Below the pieces are notes generated by a model. That model searched no databases. It was given only the letters and a program-made list of their open reading frames with translations, and was not told where the DNA came from. Below, one piece after another: positions 1 to 10,783 of a stretch of 54,189 bases of DNA (positions are counted from its first letter, which is position 1; each line of letters starts with the position of its first letter). The stretch covers positions 62,001 to 116,189 of the forward strand of contig CAUYUJ010000260.1 of assembly GCA_963575745.1 (NCBI GenBank). Reading direction: 5' to 3'. Made by a program: the position numbers and the translations under genes. The stretch comes from Prorocentrum cordatum (taxonomy: Eukaryota).

Positions 1-299
1 GTCGTTGCCGTCGCCTCCGTCCATACCCCCCGCTCGATCCTGGATCATCGGTGCCCATCCTCGAGCTTCCAGGGGTCGATCGTAGGCCCTCGGCTGGGAC
101 GTGGTGCCGGCGGTATGCGTGCCTAGGTTTCGCCGTTCCTACCGCTGGCTGCCTGCCGCGAGGTTGGCGTGCGCTGCACCTGCGGTGCCACTGTTTGGCG
201 CAGCCCTGTGCTTCGCTCGCGCAGCCGCTGGGTGGAAGCAGCCGAGGCTCTGTCGGGCGAGACGCCTGAGCTGCCACTGAAGCACGTCTCGAAGGCTAA

Positions 300-530
300 A
301 TCCCGAGCGCCAAGAAAGTGGCGGCGCTCAAGGAAAGCGACGCGGCCACCAAGGTGGCTTCGTACCTTTACCCTGGCGTCGAGTTTACGGTGGTTGGGGC
401 CAAGGTCGATGTTAGCGACGGCCGCAGCTACTTGAGGTTGACGGTCTGCAGCGGTTGGGTCCCAGAGTGGTCACGTAAGGACCAGTCGAAGAAAGTGGTT
501 ACTGAGATGGTGGGCGCCGACAGCATGGAG
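300..530 (+). pseudogene. Coding-like fragment with an SH3-like/beta-barrel motif (exon or pseudogene)
   Basis: Reads SAKKVAALKESDAATKVASYLYPGVEFTVVGAKVDVSDGRSYLRLTVCSGWVPEWSRKD. The L-x-PG-x-F-x-V...DGR-x-YLRL...GWV pattern resembles SH3-like domains. An in-frame TAA lies at 297-299 and there is no ATG start. Confidence 0.4.
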
Positions 531-812
531 CAGCTGCCGTACGTGACGGAGTTCGGACAGTCCACGCCCTCTTCCCGTTTGGCCAGTTCCGCGTCGGGGG
601 GTCCAGGACTGGTCAGGCCCAGCTCTGGCTCCCAGCTGACTGCTGCGCACCTCGCGCGGCAGCGGATGTGAATGTCAGGAGGTCTTCCCCTTAGAGTGTC
701 AGAAGGCGGTTGCTGGGGAATCCAAAAGGTAACGATACCGCTACTCCCTGGAACCCCCTGTGTGCGTTCTGACCAGATGGAGCCTGCTTTTAACAAATTT
801 CGGGGCGATGCT

Positions 813-1946
813 GGCCGTCACCGGGGGGGGGGGATAGGGGGCCGCTGACGTCGCGTTTCGCGACGGTGACGTTTGGAAATGCCTAGGGATGACCGAGGAT
901 GGGTAGCAGCAGCATGTAGGTTGCGAGTTGCACCGCAGCGCGCACGTGTACACCACAGTGCCTGCTTGCATCACAGCGCCTGCGTACACCACAGCGCCTG
1001 TGCACACCGCAGCAGCCGCGTGCAACACAGCGCCAGAGTACACTGCAATGCCTGCGTGCTTCACAGCGCTTGTGTACACCACTGCGCCTGCGTACGCCAC
1101 TTCAGCCGTGTGCACCACAGTGCCTGCGTGCACCACCGCGCCTGTGTACACCACGGCGCTTGTTTGCACCACAACAACCGTGTGCATCAGAACGCCATTG
1201 TTGCATGTAGAATTTTACAAGGGCGTTTTCTGAAAAAATGGAGCGCCTGTGGGTCCCACAAAAAGGTGGATTCTACAGAGGACTGTTATGGGAAAATGAG
1301 AGCCTTTGGAAGTCTACGAGCCCTCTGGAGTAAGAGGAGGAAGATGAGGAGGAGAAGGAGGAACAGGATTAGGAGGAAGAGCAGGTGCCGTGCCTTGGGG
1401 GTCGGGACGCGCACAGAAACAGGGGTGGCGTCCTCCTGAAAAAGGTCGCTTGAGGCGTGGGGCACTGGAGGCAGTGCAGCGGGAGGCGCTGTGGCATGGG
1501 GGCGCTGTGGCGTTGTTGTTCCCTGTTTTGTGCACGCTGGCGCACTGGGGTACACCAGCTTTGTGTTGTACGCGGATGATGTGTTGTACACAGGCGTTGG
1601 GGTGTGCATAGGCGCTGCGGTGCACGCAAACGCTGTGGTGTACACAGGCGCCGCGTTGCGGACGGCTGCGGCGTTGTACACGTTCGTTGTGGTGTACACA
1701 GGCGCTGTGGTGCATGCGAGCACTGCGGTGTGCACAGGCGCTGCGTTGTACGCGGCTGTTGCGGTGTACGCAGGCGCTGTGGTGTGCACGCCCGTCGTGG
1801 TGCGCGCGAGCATTGCGGTGTACACAGGCGTTGTGGCCTGCATGCTGCTCCAACTTGGCCGCGGTCATCCGTAGGCATTCCAGCACGCCGCCGGCGCGGA
1901 ACGTGACGTCACCTGGGAGGGGAGGGGGGCGGGGCCGGTGACGGCC
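813..1946. mobile_element. Foldback-like element: long imperfect inverted arms with 18-bp tandem arrays
   Basis: Perfect 12-bp IR GGCCGTCACCGG (813-824) / CCGGTGACGGCC (1935-1946). Bases ~846-920 match the reverse complement of ~1837-1912. 18-bp arrays lie at ~945-1190 (+) and ~1525-1845 (-). No TSD seen. Confidence 0.7.
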
Positions 1947-1971
1947 GTTATCGCGGGTTTCTTTCAACATG

Positions 1972-2144
1972 CAGTACCGTTTTTACTACATGCTCCGCGC
2001 GCGGATCCTGTATCAAACATGCAGGGATTTAGCCTTAATAACAATGATGATTTGTCATGCATATTTTTTCTTCCATCAGTTGATCATGCATCATAAATCC
2101 GAGATTTTTTTCTTAAAAAAACCCTTGTATTAAAAACTGCCCTG
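1972..2144 (+). mobile_element. AT-rich Tc1/mariner-type MITE, family T1, copy 1
   Basis: Ends CAGTACCGTTTTT...AAAAACTGCCCTG; homologous to 2346-2507 and 17961-18124. Confidence 0.6.
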
Positions 2145-2345
2145 TGCGAGTAGCTCCTGCCCGGCCTTCCGAGAAGTTTTCTAAGCCTCCTCCGAAGACA
2201 AGAAACACTTCTCAGAGGGCGTGGGGGCTTCTGAGAAGTCCCGCCGCCTTCTGAGAAGGCCTTCTCCTTCTCACTTCCCCCCCTTGCTCGCCGTCATAGT
2301 AGCTCCGGGCGGTTGGGCCGCCCGTCGCGGGTTTCTTTCAACATA

Positions 2346-2507
2346 CAGTGCCGTTTTTAATGCATGCCCCGCGTGCGGATCCTGTATCAAGCATGCAGGG
2401 ATTTAGCATTTAAGAACAGCGATGGTTTCGTGCATATTATTTTTTCCATCCGTTGAACATGTATCAGAAATCCGATATATAAATCACATGTGTTAGAAAC
2501 TGCCCTG
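2346..2507 (+). mobile_element. AT-rich Tc1/mariner-type MITE, family T1, copy 2
   Basis: TA|CAGTGCCGTTTTT...AAACTGCCCTG|TG. It shares flanking sequence with copy 1, indicating a local tandem duplication. Confidence 0.65.
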
Positions 2508-2687
2508 TGCCAGCAGCTCCTGGCGGTTGGGTCGCCCGTCGCCCGCCTCCCTGGCGCGCGCCGAGGTCCTCGGGTCCGCGGCGCTCCTTGTGCGGCGAGC
2601 CCGGCTGCCGGCCGCTCCGCAGGCGGGGCCTCGGCGGTGCTTTTCGGGGGGGGGAGCTCGGCGGATCTCGATAGGTACCCATACAAG

Positions 2688-2881
2688 TCGGGGGCGGAAA
2701 TGATGGGGGTGATGACTAGGGGGGGGTGGATATGATGGCGGGGGCCATGATATCTCCCCAGATATCATGGCGCCTCTTCTTGTTTCTTTACGTCCTTGGC
2801 ACCCCCGCTGGGCCGCGCCTGTGCCGCCGGTCATGATTTGCACCCCCTCCTCTTGGACACCCCCCTCTTGGCCGCTCCCGA
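2688..2881 (+). mobile_element. MITE family A (194 bp, TCGGG..CCCGA, 5-bp TSD)
   Basis: TSD ACAAG at 2683-2687 and 2882-2886; imperfect TIRs; homologs at 5826 and 34342. Confidence 0.9.
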
Positions 2882-3017
2882 ACAAGCAGCGGCGAAGCGT
2901 CGTGGCTCGCCTATTGCCCCACCAAGCAATGTTCGAAGAGCCTATTGTGGTTTCCACGAAATGTTCTTAGCACATTTCTGGCGACGCTTTTCGGGGGGGA
3001 GGTATGTGGATCTTGAT

Positions 3018-3180
3018 TCAGGAGGAGAAAAACACACACAAACACAATTCATCGTCGATGCCCCAGGAAATATGGGAAAGTATGGGCAGTGGGGGGGAAG
3101 GCAGAAACTCAGAACATATAGGAACAGATGGGGAATCCTTTATTTGTGTGTATTTATTTGTGCGTCCCAGGCCCCCTTCA
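3018..3180 (+). mobile_element. MITE-like family B (163 bp, TCAGG..CTTCA, 5-bp TSD)
   Basis: TSD TTGAT at 3013-3017 and 3181-3185; seven further copies in the window. Confidence 0.9.
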
Positions 3181-3930
3181 TTGATAGGTACCCGTACCTC
3201 TGCCATTCCCTCGTTATCCCATCTCTGGGCCTCCCGGGAGGCCCCCGTCGCCGCCGCCGGATTCGCCTCGAACTGCTGATCGGAACGCACCCCAGGAGAG
3301 CTCCGGGGAGTAGCAGCATGGGTACCTTTTGCGTTGTGGCTTCTCCAACTGAAGGATCAAGGGATCAAGGGCGAGTGGGAGGAGCAGGAGGAGGAGGAGG
3401 AGCAGGAGGAGGAGGAGGATCAATTATCGAATGAACATCGACGATCCAGGAGCCACGGAACCAGGTCGCGCAAGCCAGCGTACGTGGCGAGCTGGTACCG
3501 TCGGCCCACGGGCGCGTTCTGGTTGAAAGTCCGGCCGTGCCCGACACATGTTTGAAAGGTAGTTACGAGCTTGTGGGCTGCAAGAGTTGTGATGGGAGGT
3601 CTAGCGATGGAAGGGTTTTAATGTGTTCCGCGGAGATCCCCTCGAGGCCAGGAGGCCTTCGGCGGATCCTTGGACAAAATCATGGGGGTTCCCAGGTAAC
3701 GCGTCTGCGCGTAAGCCGGAAACATGGAAAGGTTTCAGAGCGAGATCGGGGTGGACTCAGAGGAGGGGTGGACGAAGGGATGTGGATGTGGCAGAATGCG
3801 GAGAAATATGGGGGTCATGGTGAGACTGAGGGTGAGGGTGAGGAGGAGGAGGAGGAGGAGGAGGAGAGGGGGTAGGTTGGACATACAGGAGGATCATGAG
3901 GGTGGAGTTGAGAATCTGAGGAAACGCGGG

Positions 3931-4702
3931 ATTATGATGATGCTGATGATGATGATGATGCTGATGATGCTGATGCTGATGCTGATGCTGATGCTGATGC
4001 TGATGCTGATGCTGATGATGATGCTGATGCTGATGCTGATGAGGATGTTCATGATGATGTTGATGTTGATGATGCTGCTGATGCTGATGCTGATGATGAA
4101 TTGGTTGTGATGATGATGGTGATTATGATGATGATGACGAGGATGATGATGATTCTGATGATGATGCTGGTGATGGTGTTTGTGATGGTGATGACGATGA
4201 TGATGCTGATGATGCTGATGATGAGGTGGAGGAGGAGAAGGAGGAGCTGTAGGAGGAGAGAGGGAGTAGATTGGACATGAAAGGAGGATGAGGGCGGAGT
4301 TGAGAATCTGAGGAAATGCGGGATGGTGATACTGATGATGATGATGATGATGATGATGCTGATGATGATGATGAGGATGATGATGATGATGATACTGATG
4401 ATGATGCCGATGAGGATGCTGATGATGATGATGATGATGATGATGATGCTGGTGTTGATGCTGTTGATGATGATGCTGTTGATAGTAATGGTGATGGTGA
4501 TGATGCTGCTGATGATCATGATGAGGCGTCGGAGGAGGAGAAGGAAGATGATGAGGATGAGGATCAGGATGAGGATAATGATGATGCTGCTGATGATGAC
4601 GATTGTGATGGTTGTGATGGTGATGATGACAGTCACTGTGATGATGCTGATGATGATGATGATATTGATGGTGATGGTGATGGTGATGGTGATGGAGATG
4701 AA

Positions 4703-4753
<51 letters not shown>

Positions 4754-4754
4754 C

Positions 4755-4802
<48 letters not shown>

Positions 4803-5035
4803 CTGGTGATGATGACGAATCATATGATGCTGATGATGCTGATGATAATGGTGATGCTGATGCTGGCGATGATGACGATAATGATGGCGGCTGTGGTGAT
4901 GATGATGATGATGATGGCCACGATTCTGCGGTTGAGTGATGACGACGATGATGGTGCTGATGATGGTGGATGGTGGATGGTGGATGGTGGATGGTGATGG
5001 TGATGGTGATGATGATGATGATGATGAGGATGATG

Positions 5036-5080
<45 letters not shown>

Positions 5081-5247
5081 GTGGTGGTAGTGGTAGTGAT
5101 TATGAGGAAGAGGAGGAGGAGGCGGTCTCAGAAGCATAAATAATATGGAAACTGATGTAGATGATGATGATGATGATGATGATGATGCTGATGATGATGA
5201 TGATGATGACGATGATGATGATGATGATGATGGTGATGATGGTGGTG

Positions 5248-5301
<54 letters not shown>

Positions 5302-5675
5302 CTGATGATGATGATGATGATGATGATGATGACGGGGAGGAGGATGAGAACGTTGTGTAGGAAGAGGAATGAGTTGGAGGTAGATCGATGGTGATGATGG
5401 TAACGGTGGTGACGATTGTGTAAATGGTGTGTTTGATGATGATGGCGACCCGTGTATTGACGAGCATGTGGTTGTTGACGTTGTTATTGATGGTGATGAC
5501 GATGCTGAACTGACGGTGGCAATTATTGAACGCCGTGAGGATGAGAGAGCAATGAAACTTGATGATGCAGCTGTGGTGGTGGTGGTGCTGATGATGTCGA
5601 TGCAGACGATGACCTGTGTGGTGCTAGATGCGACCAGTGCGTCGGCCACCACTAGCCGAGGATGAGGATGACGAG
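3931..5675 (+). repeat. Degenerate (GAT)n microsatellite tract with GCT/GGT/GAG variants
   Basis: Seen directly; the source of the poly-M/D/H/I/S ORFs. A ~60-bp non-triplet segment is duplicated at ~3871-3932 and ~4266-4325. Confidence 0.95.
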
Positions 5676-5825
5676 CGCGAGGGGCCAGTACCAGTCATAC
5701 CACGATGTTTCTCTCTCGATCCTCGGCCCCGAAAATCCCGACCCCCTCAGAGAAGGTAGTTTTTCGTTCTGGATTAGTTTTTGATTGTCCCGGCTCCCGA
5801 TAACAGGTCCCAGAGGCCGAAACCA

Positions 5826-5987
5826 TCGGGGGCGGCCAAGAGGGGTCTAATTACTAGGGGGGGTGGATATCAGGGCGTGGTCCATGATTCTATGGCGCCT
5901 CTTCCTATTCCTTTACGTCCCTGGCCCCCTCCCTGGGCCGCGCACATGCCGTCGGCCATGATTTGTGCCCCTCCCCCCTGCCCCCGA
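5826..5987 (+). mobile_element. MITE family A, shorter copy
   Basis: TCGGGG...CCCCGA with TSD AACCA at 5821-5825 and 5988-5992. Confidence 0.85.
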
Positions 5988-6039
5988 AACCAAAGACAAT
6001 ATCCGCCAGGATCAGAGACATCAGATCGCCGGAGATCCA

Positions 6040-6400
6040 GCACTGCCGGGGGGGATTGGGCAAGGGGGGCTTCGGAAATGTGCCGCACGCAGCCGGTTCC
6101 GGCCTCGCCGAGGGGCCCCCACTCCTCGATACACGGCCGCCTCCGGCGCTGGGAGGCGCCGGGAAAATCAGCTCCGTGAGCGGATTCGCACCCCCCCCCC
6201 TTTGCTCACCACCCACCAAACCACCCTAACCCAACCCGAAGGCTCAGATTTACCCTCGATTTCCAGTGGGGGGGGGGTCGGGAAACATCGAAAAAACACA
6301 TGTGGAACCCTTACCCCCCCCAACCCGAAATTCGGGTCTTCGGGTTGGGTTGGGGTGGTCTGGTAGGTAGTCATTTGCTGTCCCCCCCTTTCGCCCCGCA
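6040..6400 (+). mobile_element. MITE family C, older copy interrupted by a nested element
   Basis: Homologous to 32261-32456; split at TTTGC by the 6206-6373 element. Ends approximate. Confidence 0.7.
6206..6373. mobile_element. Nested MITE (168 bp, TCA..TCA, ~35-bp TIR, 5-bp TSD)
   Basis: TCACCACCCACCAAACCACCCTAACCCAACCCGAAG vs reverse complement of the end TGACTACCTACCAGACCACCCCAACCCAACCCGAAG. TSD TTTGC at 6201-6205 and 6374-6378. Confidence 0.9.
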
Positions 6401-6561
6401 GCCGCGCCCCGGCGCCCCCCCCCCCCCCCCCCAGGGCGGCGTCGGCGCCGCGCCCCTGGTGGCGGTCGCCGGCGGGGGCAGTGCCGGCCCGCCGGGCGCT
6501 CCTTCGGGGGCGGGGGGCCGCCGCTCCGGCGGGCGGGCCGGCGGGCAGGCGGGCACCACTC

Positions 6562-6725
6562 TCAGGAGGGAAAAAAAACACGCAGACACAATGAATCCTC
6601 GATTCCCAGGAGAATATGGGAAAATATGGGAATTGGGGGGGAAGACAAAAACCCAGAAACTATGGGAAGATATGGGGACTATTTTTATTTGTGTGTATTT
6701 ATGTGTGTGTCCTAATTTCCCTTTA
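6562..6725 (+). mobile_element. Family B copy
   Basis: TSD CACTC at 6557-6561 and 6726-6730. Confidence 0.88.
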
Positions 6726-6730
6726 CACTC

Positions 6731-6895
6731 TCAGGAGGGGAGAGAGCACACAGAGAGAGTGAATCGTCGACCCCCAGGAGAAGATAGAGGAAGATAATGG
6801 GAGGTGGGGGGGGGCAGACACCCACAACATGTGGGAGAAGATGTGGCATCCTGTGACTTGTGTGTATTGATTTGTGTGTCCCACGGCCCCATCGA
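6731..6895 (+). mobile_element. Family B, diverged copy abutting the previous one
   Basis: Begins TCAGGAGG right after the CACTC TSD; same internal motifs; 3' TSD not matched. Confidence 0.75.
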
Positions 6896-7119
6896 TCATG
6901 GTCCAGACATGCCCGCGTCTCGAAAGGGTCGGGACGGAGCTTTTGTTCGTCTTCGTCGTTCTCGGGGGGTTCCTCGCCGGGCCCCGAGGCCGTCGGAGGA
7001 CAATGCTGGAGGGACGCCCCGTGCCGGAGAGCGGGGGCGGGATTTCCGGAAAACCCCGCACTGAACACACATTAGGACATCGCATTGCTTGGGAATGTCT
7101 CTGCCTCCCCTGGCTTCCT

Positions 7120-7290
7120 TCGGGGGTGGACAGAGCCCCCAACAGTGACACGCCGATGAGTGAACTGTCCGTTTTCGGTTCTCGAGAGGGCGCCGTGGCC
7201 GTTATTTTCCAGGCTCGCGCCCGCCAGGTTTGGGCCGCAGGTCGTTTTCACTAAACCACGTTTTACTAAAGGGGGGCTGTCCATCCCCGA
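7120..7290 (+). mobile_element. MITE family D (TCGGGG..CCCCGA)
   Basis: TIR TCGGGGGTGGACAG / CTGTCCATCCCCGA; homolog at 30891-31061. Flanked by a diverged ~68-bp direct repeat rather than a 5-bp TSD. Confidence 0.75.
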
Positions 7291-7525
7291 AACCCCGCAT
7301 GGAACAAACACTTGGACATCGCATGTTTGGGAACGTCTCTGCCTCCCCTGGCTTCCTCGCGTCGTGGAGGGGTAGCGACGGGAGGCTCTTGGCGATTCTC
7401 GGGACCGAGGGGCCCCACGGTGGGCCCCGGGAGCCTCTAGAAGCGGCTCCGGAGCAAGAGCCGCCCCCCCCCTCCCCAGAAGCAGTCCGGGGACCGCTGG
7501 GGAGCCACGCTGTGCTGAACAAACA

Positions 7526-7686
7526 TCAGGAGGGGAAAAAACACACAGACACAATCAATCGTCGATTCCCTAGAACATATGGGAAAATATGGTCAGTGGT
7601 GGGCAAGACAAAAGCTCTGAAGATATGGGTAAACATGGGGAATGCTTTTATTTGTGTCTTTATTTGTGTGTCCTGGGGCCCCTTCA
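7526..7686 (+). mobile_element. Family B copy
   Basis: TCAGG..CTTCA; TSD AAACA/ATACA (4/5). Confidence 0.85.
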
Positions 7687-8116
7687 ATACAGTGGAAGCC
7701 CGGGCCAAGAAGCACCCTGCTTGCCTTCAGGGTGCTCTGGGTCTCTTCGGTTTCGACGGTGCTGCTGTGGACAGCGTGGCGTTTCCCCGCCAATGTCAGT
7801 GGGCATCCCAGGGTCCTCAGGGTTACGGTGCGATCTCGCACGCGCGCTTTCGCAGACGGTCTGCCTCTGCCCGTGTCTGCGTCCGTCTCCGCTCGTCGCT
7901 GCCTCTGCCCCTGCCCCTCCTCCTCCTCCTCCTCCTCCTCCTCCTCCCTCCTCCTCCTCCTCCCTCCTCCTCCTCCTCCTCCCTCCTCCTCCTCCTTCTC
8001 CTTCCTCCTCCTCCTCCTCCTCCTCCTCCTCCTCCTCGTGGTGTGGACTCTCTGTACGCCTCGAGGCCTCTCCCCGCTGCCGCAGCGCCAGCGCTGGGCA
8101 GGCGGATAGGGGCAGA

Positions 8117-8282
8117 TCAGGAGGGACAAACAGGCACAGACACAGATCATCGTCGATCCCCTGGAGAACCGGGGGAAGTATGAGAAGTGTGTGTTGGGGG
8201 GGGGGGGAGAAGACGAACATCCCGAACACGTATGGACAGACATCAGAAATCCTTTGGCGGCGTGTCTCTGGGCCTCTTTTGA
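8117..8282 (+). mobile_element. Family B, diverged copy
   Basis: TCAGGAGG start and shared internal motifs; TSD GCAGA/GCAGG (4/5). Confidence 0.75.
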
Positions 8283-8439
8283 GCAGGAGGCAGCTGGAGG
8301 GCCACGTCGCCCGCGCGTCGTTCGCTCCGCACGTCGCGCGTCGCGGGCCGCCGAGCTGCCCTTCTCCTCCAGGTCGGCGGCGCGGGGGCGCGAGGACGAG
8401 CGCGCCCGCGCAGCGCGGGCCTCGGGCAGTGCGGCCGTC

Positions 8440-8740
8440 CTCTTCCTTTGGGGGGTACCCGAGATGGCTCCGAGACGGTCCCAAGGGGTCCCAAGAGCGC
8501 CCAAAAGTGCCTCCAGAGACCCTCCAGGATGCTCGCGAGACGTCAACATCCTTCACATTCGCCACCTCCGCTTCTAATGGGCCTCGGAGGCTTCACGACG
8601 GCTCCAAAATGGCTTCAGGCAGCATCTGAAGCATCCCCGAGAGGCCCCCAAGACGCCTCCACGAGCCCCAAGAGGCCCCACGAGGCACCCAAGAGGCCCG
8701 ACGAAGCTCCTTGGAGGCCCCCAAGACGCCCCACCCAGCC
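8440..8740 (-). repeat. GGGCCTCTTGG-type dispersed degenerate satellite (reverse orientation)
   Basis: CCAAGAGGCCC motifs; same family as 18835-19330, 25775-26130 and 29070-29550. Confidence 0.65.
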
Positions 8741-9254
8741 TCATGAGCAAGGGCTCCCTCGAGGGCGCGAAGTTATTCGCGCTTCGCGCTTCGCGGTCCT
8801 CGTTCCTTCTCCCCCTCCTCCTCGTCCTCCTATTCTCCCTTTGGGAGGGCGGCGCGAGAGCGCGAAGTTATTCGCGCTTCGCGCAGCGCGAAGCGCGAAG
8901 TTGGGAGCCCTAGATGAGGCACCCAGGACCCGAGGGCTCGAAGACCATCGCGCGCTCCGCTCGCGCGGCGCGGGGGCCTCGAAGTCTCGGTGGGCTCGCG
9001 CCGCGTCGACCGGCGGCGACCCCAGCGCGTGCGTTGCGGGCGGGGCGCCGTCCGTGGCCCAGCATCGGAGTGTCCTTTTGGGCCGATCGCTCGCACAAGA
9101 AGAGAGCCACGACGGCCTCCTCCTCGTCCTCCTTCTCCTCATTCACCTGTCCTCCTTCTCCTGCTCCTCCTTCTCCTGCTCCTCCTCCTCCTCCTCCTCC
9201 TCTTCTTCCTCCTCTCCCTCCTCCTCCTCCTCCTCCTCCTCATCATCCTCCGTC

Positions 9255-9405
9255 TGGTGGGGGGAGGGGGGATGGCTTCTTAGAGGCACCCCTGCTTCTC
9301 AGAAGGCGCGGGCCTTATCTGAAGACGTAAGGCCGGCGCCTTCTCAGAAGCAGCCTTCTTCTGAGAAGCCCTCCCCCCTCCCCCCACCCCCTAGTGCGCG
9401 CCGCC
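9255..9405 (+). mobile_element. Palindromic CTTCTCAGAAG-rich MITE-like repeat
   Basis: Homolog at ~48110-48272 and related sequence at ~2160-2285; G-run/C-run inverted ends. Confidence 0.6.
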
Positions 9406-9814
9406 AATTGAAGGAGCTTCGCGGTGTCCGGAACCAACGACGGGGTCGACAAAACGCGAGCCTGCCAAGGGGTGACCCACAAGCCAGACGCTGAGATCAG
9501 GAACACTTCTCAGGGGAGGGGAGGGTACCCACACCGCTCGCGACCTTTGCTTCGTTCTCCATTTTGGGGGGCCTCCTGGGAGGCGATTCGCCCCGAAATC
9601 CTGGTCAGAACGCACCTCGGGAGAGGTCTGGGGAGTATCGGTATCGGTATCTCTCGGTTTCCCCAAGTTCGGTTTCGCAAGGGGTTCGCTGTTCTTTGGA
9701 TGCTTCCACGGTTGCTCCCGCAGCGCTTCTCGTGCATTTCGCGACATTGGTGCCAGCAAGGGGTTTCGTTCCTTGTTTCGTGTTCCTTATGGCAGTAGCT
9801 CGACGGTATGAGAC

Positions 9815-9956
9815 TTAAGTCAGGCCTGTCCCTCTACAGGAGGAGTGTTCAAACTAGTCTGGGGACGATTTTTGTTTGACTATTTCGAGCATGTTTGGGG
9901 TATTTGTTGGCTATGATCTTCCAACATCCCCCTGTAGGGGGACATGCCCGACCTAA
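9815..9956. mobile_element. hAT-type MITE (142 bp, 8-bp TSD)
   Basis: TIR TTAAGTCAGGCCTGTCCCTCTACAGG vs TTAGGTCGGGCATGTCCCCCTACAGG. TSD TATGAGAC at 9807-9814 and 9957-9964. The superfamily is inferred from TSD length only. Confidence 0.85.
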
Positions 9957-9990
9957 TATGAGACAGAAAGGGACAGAGAGGCAGAGACTC

Positions 9991-10400
9991 TAGGCCTCCG
10001 AGGTGGTGTCGGACCAGATGGGATCAGAGGATCGCGCCGCATTGCCGATGCATCTGCGATACGGCGCAATGTGGCATCTGCAGCAGGCAGCCTCGTCTCG
10101 CAGGCGACGATAGGGGCGAATTGGACGCATTCGCCAGGGAGCCTTGCCCAGGCGGCTCCACAGGCGGTCCTGCCACTGTCTCAGGTTGGTCCCAGCTGCG
10201 CCCGCGTGCTGTCGAGACCGCAGCAGCGGCCCAGGACGCGGGGTTTCCACACAGCGCGATGTGGAGCCCGATTTTCTCCACGTCGAGGTTGCCAGTGCAT
10301 CGCCGACGTCGCGGATGCATCGCCGATGCATCGATTATGCATTGGCGATGCGGCGCGATCTTCCGACCCCGTCTACTCCGACCCCATCCCGGAGGCCTCT
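9991..10400 (+). mobile_element. Long-TIR element rich in CATCGCCGATG palindromes
   Basis: ~60-bp imperfect TIRs starting AGGCCTCC; relatives at ~15275-15425 and 30251-30468. Confidence 0.7.
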
Positions 10401-10617
10401 GGGCAGGGATGCAGAGACACGCAATCGGACGCGGAGGCCAGCGCAGTCGCAGGCGTACGTGCCAGTCGCTGAAAGCAGGTACGCAGGGGTTCCCAGATCC
10501 CCAGTCTAGTTCAAGGGCCTCCTACCTTAGTGATCGATCGAACCTGCCGTGCTCTGGTTCTCTCAGGCAGGGCCCAGATCCAATCTCCTTTTTCCGCCTT
10601 CCTATGTTTGCAACCAA

Positions 10618-10783
10618 CACTCTAGGCGATGCTTAAGAAGACCCCAGTTTTCGGCCAGAGTCTCGATTATTCTTAATGTTTCAATGCAAATCCCAAGATT
10701 TGAATCGACAGTCTGGGTTTTTTATTCAAATTCTGAGACTATGAATTTCTTAGCCCATGATTTCTTAAGCATTTCGCAGGGCG
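10618..10783 (+). mobile_element. Tc1/mariner-type MITE, family T2, copy 1
   Basis: Homolog of 32696-32860; TIR containing GC(G/A)ATGCTTAAGAA; 3' TA flank. Confidence 0.7.

Noticed and set aside
928..1843. Hexapeptide-repeat protein genes (YTTAPA)n
   Set aside because: Multiple frames on both strands are open because the 18-bp unit lacks stops, and the arrays form an inverted pair without gene structure.
3018..3180. Family B as a frame-preserving introner (TCAG|GA...CCCAG|G)
   Set aside because: Splicing there leaves 4+10+5 = 19 extra nt (a frameshift), and the acceptor AG is lost in several copies.
3894..5652. Poly-His/Met/Asp/Ile ORFs (also 11265-13289 and 16108-17980)
   Set aside because: They are translations of (GAT)n in all frames.
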